The notes under the pieces: generated by a model
What the model was told of the DNA's origin: nothing
Database searches by the model: none
Seen by the model: the letters and a program-made list of their open reading frames with translations, nothing else
In this document: positions 1-9,503 of the stretch, in pieces
Numbering within the stretch: position 1 is the first letter of the stretch
Layout of the letters: every line of letters begins with the position of its first letter
Assembly: GCA_963760525.1 (NCBI GenBank)
Contig: CAVXDT010000014.1
Coordinates: 120,203 to 184,202, forward strand
Length of the DNA: 64,000 nt
From: Nitrososphaeria archaeon
Lineage (GTDB): Archaea; Thermoproteota; Nitrososphaeria; JACIWG01
Direction: 5' to 3'
Program-made: the position numbers and the translations under genes

Positions 1-141
1 AAAGGCAGTTCTCTCTGCAATGAAACGAGACACTGCTACGGGAGACAGTTTTGACGTGAGTATAATTGACTCTAATGGATACCACGAACTTGATGAGAAA
101 GCGAAGGATGACTTGGTGAAAGGGATATGGTAGACTAGAAA

Positions 142-2058
142 TTGCAGCATAAAAATAGTTCTGAAAAGTCTTCAGGGTCAATTTTCTTACAAAGCATTCC
201 TAAAGAAGCAGAAATAACAAAAATAGAATATGAGGGTCCCAGATTCGCGATACATACGAAGAACCCTAAATTCTTTGTGGAAAACAACTACATGATCTCT
301 GAAATTGTATCAAATCTTAAAAAGAGAGTTGTAATACGTGCTGATAAGTCAATAAGAAAAGATGAAGAAGAAGCAAGAAAAATCATTCTTCAAAAAGTAC
401 AACAAGAATGTGGAGTGGAAAGGTTTGTTTTCGATAAAGTACTTGGAGAAGTTTATATCGAATTAAGAAATCTTCACAAAATCTATTCTACGATCGCAGA
501 ACTTAATCAGAACATTTTTTCTGAGACGGGGTGGAGACCAAAGTTCAGAAAAACATCGATGTTAAAATCTGAAGGTCTTGAGCAGGTATATCGTGTACTT
601 CAAACAGACTCGAATGATCGAGAGAGAATCTTAAAAGATGTAGGTGAGTATATATTTAGACCCAAACTCACAGACAGGATAGAAGTTGCGGTCTGCTTCC
701 TTGGTGGTTTCCAAGAGGTAGGGCGATCATGTACATATGTAAAAACTAATGAGAGTAACATTTTGGTAGATTGTGGTATAAATCCTGGCGCGAAGAATTC
801 ATTAGACGCATACCCGAGACTGGACATGTATTTACAAAACTTAGAAGATCTTGATGCGGTCATAATTAGTCATGCGCACCTAGACCATTGTGGTTTCCTT
901 CCAGTCCTCTTTAAGCATGGTTACGACGGTCCAGTATACTGCTCAGAACCGACCCTAAATTTGATGGCGCTCCTTCTGGCTGATTGCATAAAAATATCTT
1001 CATCAGAAAATGCAATATCTCTTTTCGACATAAAAGACTTGAGGGATACAATACAACATTGTATTCCTTTACCCTATGGATCAGTTACAGACATATCCCC
1101 TGATACAAAGCTGATTCTTAACAACGCAGGCCATATACTGGGGTCTTCCTCGGTTCATCTCCATTTTGGAGAGGGAACATATAACCTAGTTTATACGGGT
1201 GATTTCAAATTTGAGAAGACACAACTACTTGATGCTGCCCAGTATAGCTTTCCACGGGTAGAAACTCTGATGATTGAAAGCACGTATGGTGCGAAGGAAG
1301 ACATAATGCCCTCAAGGCAGGAAGTAGAAAGATATTTTGTAGATTCGATAAATAAAACACTATCTAAAGGTGGGAAGGTCCTCATTCCGGTTCCAGCTGT
1401 TGGTCGTGCACAAGAGATTATGTTAGTCTTAGACTCATCTCTGAAATCTAAAGTAATGATAGAGAGTCCAGTGTTTATTGAAGGAATGATTACAGATGCT
1501 ACAGAGATTCATGTTGCTTTTCTAGATTATCTTTCCTCTGAAATAAGATCTTCAATAGTTGACAGAGGAATTAATCCATTTGAATCAGAATACTTCACGA
1601 CGATAAGCAAACCAGATGGAAGAGAAGAAGCCCTCCAACAGGGTCCTGCGATAATTATGGCAACGTCAGGTATGCTTGAAGGTGGTCCGTCAGTAAGATA
1701 TTTCGAGGAGCTTGCTGAAAATGAACTCAATAAAGTGCTCTTTGTCTCTTATCAGATAGGAGGGACTATGGGCAGAAGAGTCCTTGATGGAGCGAAGCAG
1801 ATAAGTGTGATCGATGACGACGGTAAAATAAAGATAATAGATATTAAATGCGAAGTAGATAAAGTGGTTGGATTTAGCGGGCACAGTGATTATAATCAGA
1901 TTATGCGATTCATTTCAAAGCTTAGACCCAAGCTGAAGAATATTATAGTAGAACATGGCGAAAAAGCAAAGACCATAAACGTATCAGCAAGCGCCAGTAG
2001 ACTTTTTCACATATCCTCGGTGGCACCTACCGTTTTAGAAGCAATTAGCCTTGTTTAA
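142..2058 (+). CDS. aCPSF1/FttA-type ribonuclease (KH-KH + metallo-beta-lactamase + beta-CASP)
   Basis: N-terminal KH-like region (EAEITKIEYEGPRFAIHTKNP). MBL motif HAHLDHCG and a beta-CASP C-terminal region, 638 aa. First in-frame start is TTG at 142. Confidence 0.88.
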   Translation: MQHKNSSEKSSGSIFLQSIPKEAEITKIEYEGPRFAIHTKNPKFFVENNYMISEIVSNLKKRVVIRADKSIRKDEEEARKIILQKVQQECGVERFVFDKVLGEVYIELRNLHKIYSTIAELNQNIFSETGWRPKFRKTSMLKSEGLEQVYRVLQTDSNDRERILKDVGEYIFRPKLTDRIEVAVCFLGGFQEVGRSCTYVKTNESNILVDCGINPGAKNSLDAYPRLDMYLQNLEDLDAVIISHAHLDHCGFLPVLFKHGYDGPVYCSEPTLNLMALLLADCIKISSSENAISLFDIKDLRDTIQHCIPLPYGSVTDISPDTKLILNNAGHILGSSSVHLHFGEGTYNLVYTGDFKFEKTQLLDAAQYSFPRVETLMIESTYGAKEDIMPSRQEVERYFVDSINKTLSKGGKVLIPVPAVGRAQEIMLVLDSSLKSKVMIESPVFIEGMITDATEIHVAFLDYLSSEIRSSIVDRGINPFESEYFTTISKPDGREEALQQGPAIIMATSGMLEGGPSVRYFEELAENELNKVLFVSYQIGGTMGRRVLDGAKQISVIDDDGKIKIIDIKCEVDKVVGFSGHSDYNQIMRFISKLRPKLKNIIVEHGEKAKTINVSASASRLFHISSVAPTVLEAISLV

Positions 2059-2342
2059 CCTCTCCATATACTTACAGAAGATGGAGTAATTATTATTCTG
2101 TCTTCTCCTAATCTTGCGATGTCACCACCATGAGTTGTCGCAATTTCAAAGAGCTTACTTACAGCTTCCCGAAGTTCCTCTAAGTTCCTTTGAGCAAGAG
2201 GTGTTATCCTCAGGATAACTATAGTATTGTTCTCGATGTCTTCCTTTACTTTTTCAATCTCATCTATAGATCGAAAAGGATATGCCTTTAACACCATTTT
2301 GGCACTTTCGCTACGATTCTTATTTATCAGTTCACTGGACAA
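2055..2342 (-). CDS. sepF: SepF-like cell-division protein (DUF552)
   Basis: 95 aa. Matches the SepF/DUF552 core: IVILRITPL..EELREAVSKL..IATTHGGDIARLGEDRIIITPSSVSI. Confidence 0.7.
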   Translation of the reverse strand: MSSELINKNRSESAKMVLKAYPFRSIDEIEKVKEDIENNTIVILRITPLAQRNLEELREAVSKLFEIATTHGGDIARLGEDRIIITPSSVSIWRG

Positions 2343-2460
2343 TGTACTAACGCTTAGATGTATAACTTTAGAGTCCTTGTTCTTAAATGTTAGTTTAAGT
2401 TAATCATTTTGATAAAAAAATTTGAGAAAAGCATAGATAGAATAAAGCTATTATTTTAGT

Positions 2461-3024
2461 ATGCAAAATCGTTTGCTGATGGAAAGCAATGTGGATAATT
2501 TTCTAGTGGTATTCTGTGGACCATCTGGTGTCGGGAAAACAACTGTGGCTAAGTTGCTCTCTAAGGAACTGGCAAGGACTCATCCAACTATACATGTTCA
2601 AACAGACACAATAAGGAGAATGATTGTAATCCCTTCCCATGATAAGAAAGAAAGCCGATTTGTATATTCTGTTCTTTACGAGATAACAAGAAAGTTACTT
2701 CCATTTGGTTATGATGTTATTCTAGATGGCACTTTCCTAAGAAATAGTTTTAGAGAGACCGCTATCAGAATTGCGGAATTCTATCGAAGGAACTACATTG
2801 TAGTGGCTTTAAATGCTGATTTGACTACTCTTATTGAAAGGAATAAAACGCGTTCTATAGAAGACTTTGTTCCAGAAACTACGATTGCCAAGTTTTGGGT
2901 GAAATTTCAATATCCAGTCAATGGGATTATTATTAACATGGACCTCCAATCACCGGAAGGTTGTGTAAATATTATCCTTGAGAGAATGTCGGATATAATA
3001 ATAAAGAAGCATAAACTAGCCTAA
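2461..3024 (+). CDS. P-loop kinase/NTPase (AAA_33-like; PSTK/zeta-toxin-like fold)
   Basis: Walker A GPSGVGKTT near the N-terminus; small 187-aa kinase-like architecture. Confidence 0.5.
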   Translation: MQNRLLMESNVDNFLVVFCGPSGVGKTTVAKLLSKELARTHPTIHVQTDTIRRMIVIPSHDKKESRFVYSVLYEITRKLLPFGYDVILDGTFLRNSFRETAIRIAEFYRRNYIVVALNADLTTLIERNKTRSIEDFVPETTIAKFWVKFQYPVNGIIINMDLQSPEGCVNIILERMSDIIIKKHKLA

Positions 3025-3507
3025 GTTATAATCCTTTAGAGCCTTCCAATGTTTATCTCCTATATAATGTAAGTTTTCTAATGTAGCTCCTTTTTCGCTT
3101 TTTTCTGCCTCACTTTTTTCAATCAGCGCTTTACCTACAGTAATGAATTTATTATGAACGGAATCCTTCACCAATACTATATCATCTTTTTTGAAGTCTT
3201 TCTCGAAACCGATTATTCCTGGTCTCATGATTTTTGCTCCATTGCATATATAGGGTATTGCTCCCTTGTCGACATTGACACTGGGGAACCTCTCTAAAAA
3301 ATCCTTTGTGCATGAAAGTGCAGGGAAGATGTTTTCACCTTCTCTTATGAAGATCAAATTTTCTAAGACAAAGAATCTAACCTCTTTTTCTAGTTCAATT
3401 ACTTTGTTCCCTTTGTCTTTTATTTCGCTTAAATCGGCCTTCAGTTTACTCTTTATTTCTTCCACCAACGATCTGGTTTCTTTCTTTGATATGTAAAATT
3501 CACGCAC
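3016..3507 (-). CDS. PUA-domain RNA-binding protein
   Basis: C-terminal PUA-like segment (DKGAIPYICNGAKIMRPGIIGF...DDIVLV); 163 aa. Confidence 0.55.
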   Translation of the reverse strand: MREFYISKKETRSLVEEIKSKLKADLSEIKDKGNKVIELEKEVRFFVLENLIFIREGENIFPALSCTKDFLERFPSVNVDKGAIPYICNGAKIMRPGIIGFEKDFKKDDIVLVKDSVHNKFITVGKALIEKSEAEKSEKGATLENLHYIGDKHWKALKDYNLG

Positions 3508-3601
3508 GCTTATGTTTTTCCTTAACTTCGTTCTTAAACTTTGTCAAAAAAGTAAGGTAAATAAATAGGCTCTTTGGAGTTAGTATCACTAGGCGATTAA
3601 C

Positions 3602-3829
3602 TTGTCCATTGATCTAGCCGTAAAGATGTTAGAAAAGAGCTTAAGCAAGATTGTGCTGATTAAGTTAAAGGGCGGACGTGCCATTCGTGGTGTGCTGAAA
3701 GGTTACGATCAGCATATGAATTTTCTCCTTGAGCAATCTGAAGAAATTATGGATGATGGTAAGACTCTACCACTGGGTACAATTGTTGTGAGAGGAGATA
3801 ACGTTATATTGATTTCTCCGTCCCCATAG
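3602..3829 (+). CDS. Sm-like (LSm/SmAP) protein
   Basis: 75 aa. Sm1/Sm2 motifs: [24 protein letters not shown]...[11 protein letters not shown]. Confidence 0.85.
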   Translation: MSIDLAVKMLEKSLSKIVLIKLKGGRAIRGVLKGYDQHMNFLLEQSEEIMDDGKTLPLGTIVVRGDNVILISPSP

Positions 3830-3839
3830 GTGAAATATA

Positions 3840-4010
3840 ATGAAAGGTACAACTTCATTTGGGCCGAAAGGGAAACATCCGAGGGTGCACACTATATGCA
3901 GGAGATGTGGCAGTCCTTCATTCCACGCAAGAAAGAAAAGATGCTCATATTGTGGTTTCGGAGCATCGAAGAAGCTTAGAGAGAGAAGAATTAAAGCAAG
4001 TTACATATAA
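3840..4010 (+). CDS. rpl37e: 50S ribosomal protein L37e
   Basis: 56-aa ORF missed by the >=60-aa ORF track. MKGTTSFGPKGKHPRVHTICRRCGSPSFHARKKRCSYCGFGASKKLRER carries the C4 zinc ribbon typical of L37e. Sits immediately downstream of LSm, which is the conserved archaeal arrangement. Confidence 0.85.
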   Translation: MKGTTSFGPKGKHPRVHTICRRCGSPSFHARKKRCSYCGFGASKKLRERRIKASYI

Positions 4011-4034
4011 CAATACATTTATTATATATGAAGT

Positions 4035-4697
4035 GTGGAATGCCAAAGGATGTCAACTAGTGATATACTTGTGGGCATAGCATTTGGTCTGTCCGCAGGT
4101 TCTATTTTCGGGTTTTATTGGTCAAAGTATAGGATAAAATCCTCTGCAAAAAACGCCGTCCCAGTAGAGCTTAAGAGTAAACCGCCCACTATTCAATCAG
4201 AACAGGCTAGGAATTCCAAACAGGAGGTAAAGATGTTATTGTTGGAGAAGGATTTCCTAAGCAGTGCCATAACTCGAGTATTCGAATTAGAAGCTCAAGG
4301 ACAGATTACAAAAGATGAACGGGACGCTATAGTTAAGAAGTATAAAGACCGTTTAATGGAAGTTGACAAGAAGCTTGATAGTATGGAGTTAATCATAGAA
4401 GTTAGTGAGCTAGAAAATCTCAGAAACGAGCTAGTCTTCCTCCTCACAAGAAAGATCGAAGATGTCGATAGAAAGCTTGAGAAAGCGTTAGCTCGTTTAG
4501 ACATACAAAAGTTGAAAGCTCCAAGTTTGCAAGGTGAAGAGAAAATTCCAACCCTTTCTCAGCCAAATCCTCAAAAGATTGGGAAGAAATCACCACGACC
4601 ATTGGAATCCTCAATAGATAGGGAGCTTAAGCAATATAGAGAAGAAATAATGAAAGCTTTAGAAAAGTTGGAGCAAATAGACTTAGAAGAGGCATGA
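4035..4697 (+). CDS. Hypothetical membrane-anchored coiled-coil protein
   Basis: N-terminal TM helix (ILVGIAFGLSAGSIFGFYW) followed by a charged, coiled-coil-like region. The ATG at 4050 is the likelier start. Confidence 0.4.
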   Translation: MECQRMSTSDILVGIAFGLSAGSIFGFYWSKYRIKSSAKNAVPVELKSKPPTIQSEQARNSKQEVKMLLLEKDFLSSAITRVFELEAQGQITKDERDAIVKKYKDRLMEVDKKLDSMELIIEVSELENLRNELVFLLTRKIEDVDRKLEKALARLDIQKLKAPSLQGEEKIPTLSQPNPQKIGKKSPRPLESSIDRELKQYREEIMKALEKLEQIDLEEA

Positions 4698-4701
4698 TAA
4701 A

Positions 4702-5376
4702 TTGAGTTCTCCAATTATGCACAAGATTGCAGAAGACCTGATTGGGGAAATAAATTCATCTTCATATGTGGGGGTTGGTAGTGGGAGGACAATATCAGAT
4801 CTAATAGAGGAATTATCAACACTTGAAGTGAATCGAAGCATATGGTTTGTTCCATCATCATCCCAAATTATGTTGAAAATGGAGGAAAAGGAATTCGCAA
4901 CCAAAATGTTTCCAGACCAAGATTCGATCCAATTGTACATTGACAGCTTGGATCAGATAGAAGAGGGAAGTTATCACATTATAAAAGGTGGTGGTGGTGC
5001 CCTGCTAAGAGAAAAAATTCTTATGTACAGTTCAGAGAAAGTTGTCATACTTGCACAGGAAAAAAAGTTCGCAGAAAGACTTGGCATCAGCTGTCCAGTT
5101 CCTGTAGAAGTATCGCCTTTCGCAAGATGGCCTGTTATAAAGTATCTGGAGCGTTTAGGCGGAAATCCAGCGATTAGAAAGGATAGCCGTGGCTTCCCAG
5201 TTTTCACAGAAAATGGCAATTTGGTCTTAGACGTCTATTTCGATAACATTGCTGATGCAAAAAGTCTAGAAATAGAAGTAAAAGCTCAGCCAGGAGTAAT
5301 TGAAGTAGGCTTGTTTACAAAAAAACCTTCTCTAATCTATAGGATCAGAACTGACTCCTTCGAAAAGCTCGTCTGA
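4702..5376 (+). CDS. rpiA: Ribose-5-phosphate isomerase A
   Basis: GVGSGRT phosphate-binding motif; C-terminal EVGLF; 224 aa, typical RpiA length. Confidence 0.8.
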   Translation: MSSPIMHKIAEDLIGEINSSSYVGVGSGRTISDLIEELSTLEVNRSIWFVPSSSQIMLKMEEKEFATKMFPDQDSIQLYIDSLDQIEEGSYHIIKGGGGALLREKILMYSSEKVVILAQEKKFAERLGISCPVPVEVSPFARWPVIKYLERLGGNPAIRKDSRGFPVFTENGNLVLDVYFDNIADAKSLEIEVKAQPGVIEVGLFTKKPSLIYRIRTDSFEKLV

Positions 5377-5380
5377 AAAT

Positions 5381-5436
5381 CATATAATAGAAGCCTAAGC
5401 TGACTTCACATATAATAGAAGCCTAAGCTGACTTCA
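5381..5436. repeat. Perfect tandem direct repeat, 2 x 28 bp (catataatagaagcctaagctgacttca)
   Basis: Exact duplication at 5381..5408 and 5409..5436. Lies directly downstream of the rpiA stop, between rpiA and tRNA-Ala. Confidence 0.9.
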
Positions 5437-5585
5437 ATTTACACTTTGCCTTTAGGTAGACAGGGCTGGACTTGAACCGAGAGAGAAGACAAAGCTTATT
5501 TACTCAGCGAGCTCAAAACAATAAATTGTAAAGACAAAAAATAACTTACTACGCTGAATTCAGGAATCAATATTGTGCATAGTAG

Positions 5586-5660
5586 TGGACCGAGCGGGAT
5601 TTGAACCCGCGGTCTCTCGCGTGCGAGGCGAGCGTAACTACCGAACTGTACCATCGGCCC
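5586..5660 (-). tRNA. tRNA-Ala (anticodon CGC)
   Basis: Cloverleaf on the minus strand: acceptor GGGCCGA/TCGGTCC with the G3:U70 alanine identity pair; anticodon stem CTCGC/GCGAG with loop CTCGCAC; T-arm GCGGG-TTCAAAT-CCCGC. No encoded CCA. Confidence 0.85.
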
Positions 5661-6028
5661 ATGTTTTCTCGGCATACGGCAATATCTTCTTCATTCCCAC
5701 CCAAGGTCAGTTCGCCCGTCAACTAAAGCCGCATGCCTTTAAGCCACCCCCATAAACAACCAATACATAAATTAAGTTTTATTGAAAGATGAAGAAATTT
5801 AACTTGGACGCAGTTGTATTGCATCCTGTGAGTTTGGTAACGATAAGAAATTGCGTGTAATTCCATTTATTTCGGATCAACATGATTGATTGAAAGAAAC
5901 GCCAGATATCTCTGGAAATAAGTAAGGTAATCACAGTTAGAAAACAGGAAGAACAGTTGGTCGATAGTTCTTATCCTCTGGGCTCACGCGAAAATTACCA
6001 ATTTACAAAACCTATTTAAAGTTTATGT

Positions 6029-7354
6029 TTGCTATTAGTGAATAGAATGATAGGAAATCAACGCGAGTATATGTTTGTGGTAAGGAAAAACCCCGAACTT
6101 TCTGTTAATGAAATTATTTCTTATCTAAAAGCAAGGGGTATAGACCACTATCTTAGAAATTATACAAATGAATATTTTATTTTTGACACTGTTAACCTTG
6201 ATCCCAAAAAAATGAGTGATCAAATTGGTGAAACATTAAAAATAGGTAGAATATTGGGTAAAGTAGAAACTGATTGTTTAAAAAAAGCATTTGGCCTGCA
6301 GAAAAAAAGAATGAATATGAAAATAATTGAAGAAATCCTTGAATCTTCTTTAAAACTCCCTCAAGAAGTTGTCAATCATGCTTCCGAAGCAAATTTGATT
6401 GGTGTTAGTGTTTATCCTAGAAATGTAGCCGATATTAAATTTATTGATTTCAACGAATTAGGAGAAGTTGTTGGAGAAGTCGTAGCCAATAGGCTAAAAG
6501 AGGATGCTGGACTGAAAAGAGAACCTAGTATTGTGACTGCAAAAAATTTCAAATATAAAGAAAGTGCTGATATAAGACCAACTGAAGCTAGAAAGGAAAA
6601 ATTCCACAATCAAAATTTAGAATTACTAATTGGCTTAGAGAATCGTTTTTCTTATATTGCAGCCACTCTTGGAATATGCGATCAAGAAGCGTTTAATAAA
6701 CGCGGTATCTATAGACCAAACAGACCTGAAGGTTGGATATATGGAATGGCTCCTAATTATGCGAAAGCTTTGGTTAATCTTTCTGAGGTGAAAAAAGGCG
6801 ATGTACTTTTAGATCCATTTTGTGGTGTTGGAACTATCTTGCAGGAAGCTGTATTGAATGGAATCAAGGTATTTGGGGTCGACATAAATAAAGAATGTGT
6901 AGATACATCAAGACAGAACTTAAAATACGTCTCGAAAGAATATGGTTTGGGATGGAATAATATAGATGAAAGAATAATTGTTGGGGATGCTAGAAAACTA
7001 GGTGAATATTTTAAGGAAGATTCGTTTGACGCAATTGTAACAGAACCTTATTTAGGGCCAGCTTTTAAGATGAGACCAGAACATAACGATGCTAAAAGGG
7101 TTATCAGCGAACTCAAATCACTCTTCAAAGAAACATTACCTGAGATGAACGAAATCATAAGACCAGGTAAAAGAGCGGTTATCATCAGCCCAAGTATTAA
7201 ATCTTCAACTGGTTCCTTGTCTTTAGATCTAAGAGAAATGGCAGAACAAAATAATTTCAAAATCTTAAAATCTATTCTTGATGAAAGGCCTCATCAGTTA
7301 GTTTCAAGAGAAATAAACATATTGTATAAACCTAACGATATAGTAAAATGCTAA
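6029..7354 (+). CDS. RNA (guanine-N2)-methyltransferase-like, Trm11/TrmG10 family (THUMP-type N-terminus + SAM MTase)
   Basis: SAM-binding LLDPFCGVGTILQEA and catalytic VTEPYLGP (DPPY-like) motifs. Large N-terminal RNA-binding region. True start probably downstream of 6029. Confidence 0.55.
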   Translation: MLLVNRMIGNQREYMFVVRKNPELSVNEIISYLKARGIDHYLRNYTNEYFIFDTVNLDPKKMSDQIGETLKIGRILGKVETDCLKKAFGLQKKRMNMKIIEEILESSLKLPQEVVNHASEANLIGVSVYPRNVADIKFIDFNELGEVVGEVVANRLKEDAGLKREPSIVTAKNFKYKESADIRPTEARKEKFHNQNLELLIGLENRFSYIAATLGICDQEAFNKRGIYRPNRPEGWIYGMAPNYAKALVNLSEVKKGDVLLDPFCGVGTILQEAVLNGIKVFGVDINKECVDTSRQNLKYVSKEYGLGWNNIDERIIVGDARKLGEYFKEDSFDAIVTEPYLGPAFKMRPEHNDAKRVISELKSLFKETLPEMNEIIRPGKRAVIISPSIKSSTGSLSLDLREMAEQNNFKILKSILDERPHQLVSREINILYKPNDIVKC

Positions 7355-7403
7355 AGGCCGATTATCTGTTTTTCAATTTAATTAAATTTGGCACGGAAAG
7401 AGG

Positions 7404-7477
7404 TGCCGAGGGCCGGGTTTGAACCGGCGACGGCCCGGTCTTCAGCCGGGTGCTCTCCCAGGCTGAGCTACCTCGGC
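7404..7477 (-). tRNA. tRNA-Phe (anticodon GAA)
   Basis: Minus-strand cloverleaf: GCCGAGG acceptor; D-arm GCTC-AGCCTGGGA-GAGC; anticodon loop CTGAAGA; T-arm GCCGG-TTCAAAC-CCGGC. Confidence 0.85.
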
Positions 7478-7568
7478 GTTCCTGCGCAAGTTATGTTCAA
7501 GACCAACATGTTATAACTTTTATGGCTTAGAGAATTTCAGTTTTTCCCTTTCTAAAAATAGAACTAAA

Positions 7569-7643
7569 TGCGACCGCCGGGATTTGAACCCGGGTTACCA
7601 GCTTGGAGGGCTGATGTCCTAGACCAGGCTGGACGACGATCGC
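7569..7643 (-). tRNA. tRNA-Gly (anticodon TCC)
   Basis: Minus-strand cloverleaf: acceptor GCGATCG/CGGTCGC; D-arm GTCC-AGCCTGGTCTA-GGAC; anticodon loop CCTCCAA; T-arm CCGGG-TTCAAAT-CCCGG. Confidence 0.85.
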
Positions 7644-7730
7644 ACATCCGTTTTTTTATCATCTAGGTTTTTATGCTTTGCCTTCTTTCCACAAATCGGG
7701 CTTCTGCATAATTTCAATTTATGTGTCAAG

Positions 7731-8411
7731 TCAGGCTAACACAATCTTTTCTGCTTCATAAAGGATTCTCGCGGTTACTACATGCGCGTCAAGGGAGTAT
7801 CTGCTTATGGAAAAGAGGTTGTCCATCAGTTTTCTTTTGTCAGGTCTAAAATGTCCTTTTGCAAAGCCTCCTACAATAAAGACTGGGTTTTCGAATCTAA
7901 GAGCATAGCTGGCAACTTTCTCATTGCTGGTCTCTTTACCAATACTGGAAAGGCCGATCACTGTTGATGGTCTTATTTTATTTAAGAGATCTTCCAAAGA
8001 ACCTTTTGACAGCGTTAAGAGCCTTTCTTTTTTATAACTAATGATTTTTTCTACATATAGTTTCTCCACAAGTCCAACAAACCTCTCATACACTCTGGGC
8101 AGTCTGACATTTTTTTCGACCTTTATGATCTTATCATCTAATGTATGTGCATAAACATCAAGTTGTCCTTTGAAGTACATTGGTGTTGAAGTTGCTTCAA
8201 GGAGACAAAAGTGGACTATGTCTGGTCTACCCCTTTTCTCATGGTTTGCTAACTTCAAAATAGCCTTATGGTGATAACTCTGATCTAACAGCACTTCTTC
8301 TGGATGCTTTCCCCTCTTTAGGCAAAACTGCCTGATCATCCTGTCATCCCTAATTTCCCTTGGTATAACCTCGATGGCGGATTCCTCAAGAACATATGTT
8401 ATTCTACTCAT
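7731..8411 (-). CDS. nep1: rRNA small-subunit pseudouridine methyltransferase Nep1/Emg1
   Basis: SPOUT-fold motifs: RGRPDIVHFCLL, VGGFAKGHF, and the C-terminal SLDAHVV. Confidence 0.8.
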   Translation of the reverse strand: MSRITYVLEESAIEVIPREIRDDRMIRQFCLKRGKHPEEVLLDQSYHHKAILKLANHEKRGRPDIVHFCLLEATSTPMYFKGQLDVYAHTLDDKIIKVEKNVRLPRVYERFVGLVEKLYVEKIISYKKERLLTLSKGSLEDLLNKIRPSTVIGLSSIGKETSNEKVASYALRFENPVFIVGGFAKGHFRPDKRKLMDNLFSISRYSLDAHVVTARILYEAEKIVLA

Positions 8412-8479
8412 CCCGCAAATCAGCTGTTTCTTACACCATCTTTGGTTACATTTTTATTTAACATTATCGAATCCATAAT

Positions 8480-8788
8480 GTGGCTCGGAACAAGAGACTG
8501 CAAAAGAAGCTTGGGTTAGAGAGAATACAGATTTTGTTTGCTAACGCTACAGAATATGCTTCAAAAAATCAAGATATTAGTAGGCAGCAGTTGGAAGTGG
8601 CTAGACGCATCTTTCTAAAGTTCAACATACGCTTGCCATATCAATACAAGATCTTCTTCTGCAAAAAGTGTAAATCTATAATACTTCCTGGTATAGATTC
8701 TAAAATAAGAGTGGTCAGTCTTCCTAAGTTACATATTAAGATCACTTGCCTTAGATGTGGAAAGGCTTACAGAAAAATCATCGGTTAA
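8480..8788 (+). CDS. rnp4: RNase P protein subunit Rpp21 (Rpr2)
   Basis: N-terminal helical LERIQILFANA... followed by a zinc ribbon CKKCKS...CLRCG; 102 aa. Confidence 0.8.
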   Translation: MARNKRLQKKLGLERIQILFANATEYASKNQDISRQQLEVARRIFLKFNIRLPYQYKIFFCKKCKSIILPGIDSKIRVVSLPKLHIKITCLRCGKAYRKIIG

Positions 8789-9054
8789 GGCAAGCTAACA
8801 ATAGTCTTTCCGTCTTCTCCTTTTTTGATCTTAACAGTAATTCTTTTCGGAGGATTCTTAATTCCCCTTGCCCAGATATATTCGTTAAGTTGAGTATCTA
8901 TTAAGAAATCTTCGTCTCTAACTATCTTGGCTACTTCCTCTCTTAAAACACTCATAGCTTTGTGTGTCTGCCTATATCGGCCTGTCTTCTGAGATTTCCA
9001 AAGTGGAATGACAACCGTTTTCTCTTCTAAATTCTTCTCGGGCATAGATCTCAT
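8785..9054 (-). CDS. rpl31e: 50S ribosomal protein L31e
   Basis: LNEYIWARGIKNPPKRITVKI matches the L31e signature; 89 aa. Confidence 0.85.
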   Translation of the reverse strand: MRSMPEKNLEEKTVVIPLWKSQKTGRYRQTHKAMSVLREEVAKIVRDEDFLIDTQLNEYIWARGIKNPPKRITVKIKKGEDGKTIVSLP

Positions 9055-9057
9055 CTT

Positions 9058-9216
9058 CTAGAGCTTAAGTTTATTTCTTCTCCAATTTCTCCTCTGCGGG
9101 TTTGTTCTCACTTTCATTTTAGTTCTGAGTACAACCCATGTTGGAACTCCCTCAGAGATTTTACTTTCAACCATAAGTCTTCTTTTCTTTCCTCTGTCTT
9201 TTGCTGATCCCATCAT
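9058..9216 (-). CDS. rpl39e: 50S ribosomal protein L39e
   Basis: 52-aa ORF missed by the ORF track: MMGSAKDRGKKRRLMVESKISEGVPTWVVLRTKMKVRTNPQRRNWRRNKLKL. Its start overlaps the upstream stop as TGATG. Confidence 0.8.
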   Translation of the reverse strand: MMGSAKDRGKKRRLMVESKISEGVPTWVVLRTKMKVRTNPQRRNWRRNKLKL

Positions 9217-9503
9217 CACACTCTCCGTATCTTAAATTCCCGCTTCTCCTTTTGTGCCATGTTTATTAATATTTCTTTAACTTCGTCGTCTGTTATCTGT
9301 CTTCTAAGTTTGCCTGATGCTGCTAACTGGAAGATCTGATTTTCGACAAAATCAGCAACCTCAGGCTTGACCATTCTCAAATTTGCAATTCTCAGTCTCG
9401 CTTCAGGCGTTAGACACATTCTAAGAGTCTGTGCTTTAAGAGCCTTTTTGTCTTCCTCTTCTTTGGATGAACGTGTTGGTTCATAAGAACTCAATTGCTT
9501 CAC
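9216..9503 (-). CDS. PDCD5-like dsDNA-binding protein
   Basis: RIANLRMVKPEVADFVENQIFQLAASGKL matches the PDCD5/TFAR19 family core. Conserved neighbour of L39e/L31e. Confidence 0.7.
   Translation of the reverse strand: MKQLSSYEPTRSSKEEEDKKALKAQTLRMCLTPEARLRIANLRMVKPEVADFVENQIFQLAASGKLRRQITDDEVKEILINMAQKEKREFKIRRV

Noticed and set aside
3859-4080. 73-aa ORF from the six-frame track.
   Set aside because: It overlaps the true L37e gene (3840..4010) in another frame. It has no motif of its own. L37e explains the locus.
5455-5500. T-loop-like sequence (GGTTCAAGTCC on the minus strand), considered as a second tRNA or tRNA fragment marking an att site.
   Set aside because: No pairing T-stem, no D-arm, and no acceptor stem could be built. 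At most it is a degenerate remnant. It is mentioned only as context for the 28-bp repeat.
5573-5755. 60-aa ORF overlapping tRNA-Ala.
   Set aside because: It coincides with a well-folded tRNA on the opposite strand. Spurious.
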